DNA of 64,000 bases, from positions 72,639,426 to 72,703,425 of the forward strand of contig NC_068982.1 in NCBI RefSeq assembly GCF_001194135.2, written 5' to 3'. Both the position numbers and the translations under genes were made by a program. The DNA comes from Octopus bimaculoides (taxonomy: Eukaryota). The notes under the pieces are model-generated. The model searched no databases. It worked only from the letters and a program-made list of their open reading frames with translations, and was not told where the DNA came from. Shown here piece after piece: positions 62,343 through 64,000 of the stretch. Within the stretch, counting starts at the first letter, position 1. Each line of letters starts with the position of its first letter.

Positions 62343-63081
62343 NNNNNNNNNNNNNNNNNNNNNNNNNNNNNNNNNNNNNNNNNNNNNNNNNNNNNNNNNN
62401 NNNNNNNNNNNNNNNNNNNNNNNNNNNNNNNNNNNNNNNNNNNNNNNNNNNNNNNNNNNNNNNNNNNNNNNNNNNNNNNNNNNNNNNNNNNNNNNNNNNN
62501 NNNNNNNNNNNNNNNNNNNNNNNNNNNNNNNNNNNNNNNNNNNNNNNNNNNNNNNNNNNNNNNNNNNNNNNNNNNNNNNNNNNNNNNNNNNNNNNNNNNN
62601 NNNNNNNNNNNNNNNNNNNNNNNNNNNNNNNNNNNNNNNNNNNNNNNNNNNNNNNNNNNNNNNNNNNNNNNNNNNNNNNNNNNNNNNNNNNNNNNNNNNN
62701 NNNNNNNNNNNNNNNNNNNNNNNNNNNNNNNNNNNNNNNNNNNNNNNNNNNNNNNNNNNNNNNNNNNNNNNNNNNNNNNNNNNNNNNNNNNNNNNNNNNN
62801 NNNNNNNNNNNNNNNNNNNNNNNNNNNNNNNNNNNNNNNNNNNNNNNNNNNNNNNNNNNNNNNNNNNNNNNNNNNNNNNNNNNNNNNNNNNNNNNNNNNN
62901 NNNNNNNNNNNNNNNNNNNNNNNNNNNNNNNNNNNNNNNNNNNNNNNNNNNNNNNNNNNNNNNNNNNNNNNNNNNNNNNNNNNNNNNNNNNNNNNNNNNN
63001 NNNNNNNNNNNNNNNNNNNNNNNNNNNNNNNNNNNNNNNNNNNNNNNNNNNNNNNNNNNNNNNNNNNACACACACACACAC

Positions 63082-63112
<31 letters not shown>

Positions 63113-63114
63113 AG

Positions 63115-63375
63115 ATGCATCAGTTTCTTAAAGATACATCTCTCAAGAGCTCTAACTTTATTCTAACTTTTTTTTTTTTTACCTTACTTTTCAGATAAAT
63201 AATGTCAGACATCAGGCTGACTCAGCAAATGAAAAGGCATGCTGTGATTGTTATTTTAGAAGTGCAGCATAGTGATACAGGGATACCTTGCTTCGTGTAA
63301 GTTGTCCAATCCTTTGTTGTCACAAAGTTCAAGAGGTGCTGGAAGCTGTGGATGGGGATCCAACATCAGCAGCTA
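63115..63375 (+). pseudogene. Tc1/mariner-like transposase 5' fragment, decayed
   Basis: ATG at 63202: MSDIRLTQQMKRHAVIVILEVQHSDTGIPCFV*VVQSFV; resembles a recalled HTH N-terminus of octopus Tc1/mariner transposases; not database-verified. Confidence 0.5.
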
Positions 63376-63529
63376 AATCCATACACAAAGCTTTAGTAGG
63401 CCCAAAGCTATAGAAAACAGATTCTGAAAGTGCTGCACAATGGGAATGTATCTGGAACCACAGTTGCAAAGCAAATTTCTTAACTATACAGCTATGCCCT
63501 TGTTGTCTCTCTCTCTCTCTGTCTCTCTG

Positions 63530-63667
63530 TGAGAGTGTGATTAAGAAGTTTCCTTCCTAACTACATGGCTTCAGGTTCAGTTCTACTGTGTAGCACCTAG
63601 GGCAAGTGTCATCTACTATAGCCCTGGGTAAGCCAAAGCCATGTGAGTGGATTTAGAAGAAAGAAAC

Positions 63668-63728
<61 letters not shown>

Positions 63729-63950
63729 CACATGTGTGTTTGCATTTCTTTGGTCTTGACAATGCAGGAATGTTGTAAGTGAATGTCATTTATTCCCAAA
63801 TATGCAGAAACATGGCTGGCCATGGAGAAATATTATTTTGCCTGGAAACAGGCGAGGTTTGGTGACAGGAATGATATCTGGTTGTAGAAAATCTGCTTTA
63901 GCAAACTCTGACCCATGTCAGTATAGAAAAGCAGATGCTAAAATGATGCT
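63530..63950 (+). mobile_element. SINE family F1 with RTE-derived tail
   Basis: GGTTCAGTTC B-box, CACCTAGGGCAAGTGTC, (TG)n, GGAAACAGGCGAGG...GTAGAAAATCTGC tail. Confidence 0.8.
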
Positions 63951-63953
63951 CAT

Positions 63954-64000
<47 letters not shown>

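Noticed and set aside
1-64000. CRISPR array, operon or other prokaryotic system
   Set aside because: No regularly spaced repeat-spacer array and no dense coding sequence; the DNA is clearly eukaryotic repeat-rich sequence.

Overview
AT-rich, microsatellite-dense eukaryotic DNA with 12 assembly gaps. The repeat complement (tRNA-derived SINEs, RTE-type 3' ends with (GAT)n tails, TTAA- and 8-bp-TSD MITEs) points to a cephalopod, probably Octopus; this is inference from recalled repeat families. I find no supportable intact protein-coding gene, tRNA or rRNA. Almost all ORFs in the track are artefacts of microsatellites, N-gaps or decayed transposons, so the window looks intergenic or intronic. 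Supported content: at least four SINE families; RTE, CR1/L2-like and probable L1/Tx1 LINE fossils; a Ty3/Gypsy gag-protease fossil; two Penelope-like remnants; hAT, piggyBac-like, Tc1/mariner and pogo/Tigger MITEs and fragments. The most interesting items are two different decayed type-I hammerhead ribozyme motifs (25003-25055, 29669-29702), each downstream of a GIY-YIG-like remnant; three long fold-back structures (26153-26382, 48201-48646, 60543-60770); a microhomology-flanked templated insertion into a SINE (47432-47627); and a MITE family with a duplicated 3' module. I found no evidence for a new protein-based system. SINE boundaries are approximate (about +/-20 bp) unless a TSD is given. 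All alignments were done by eye.
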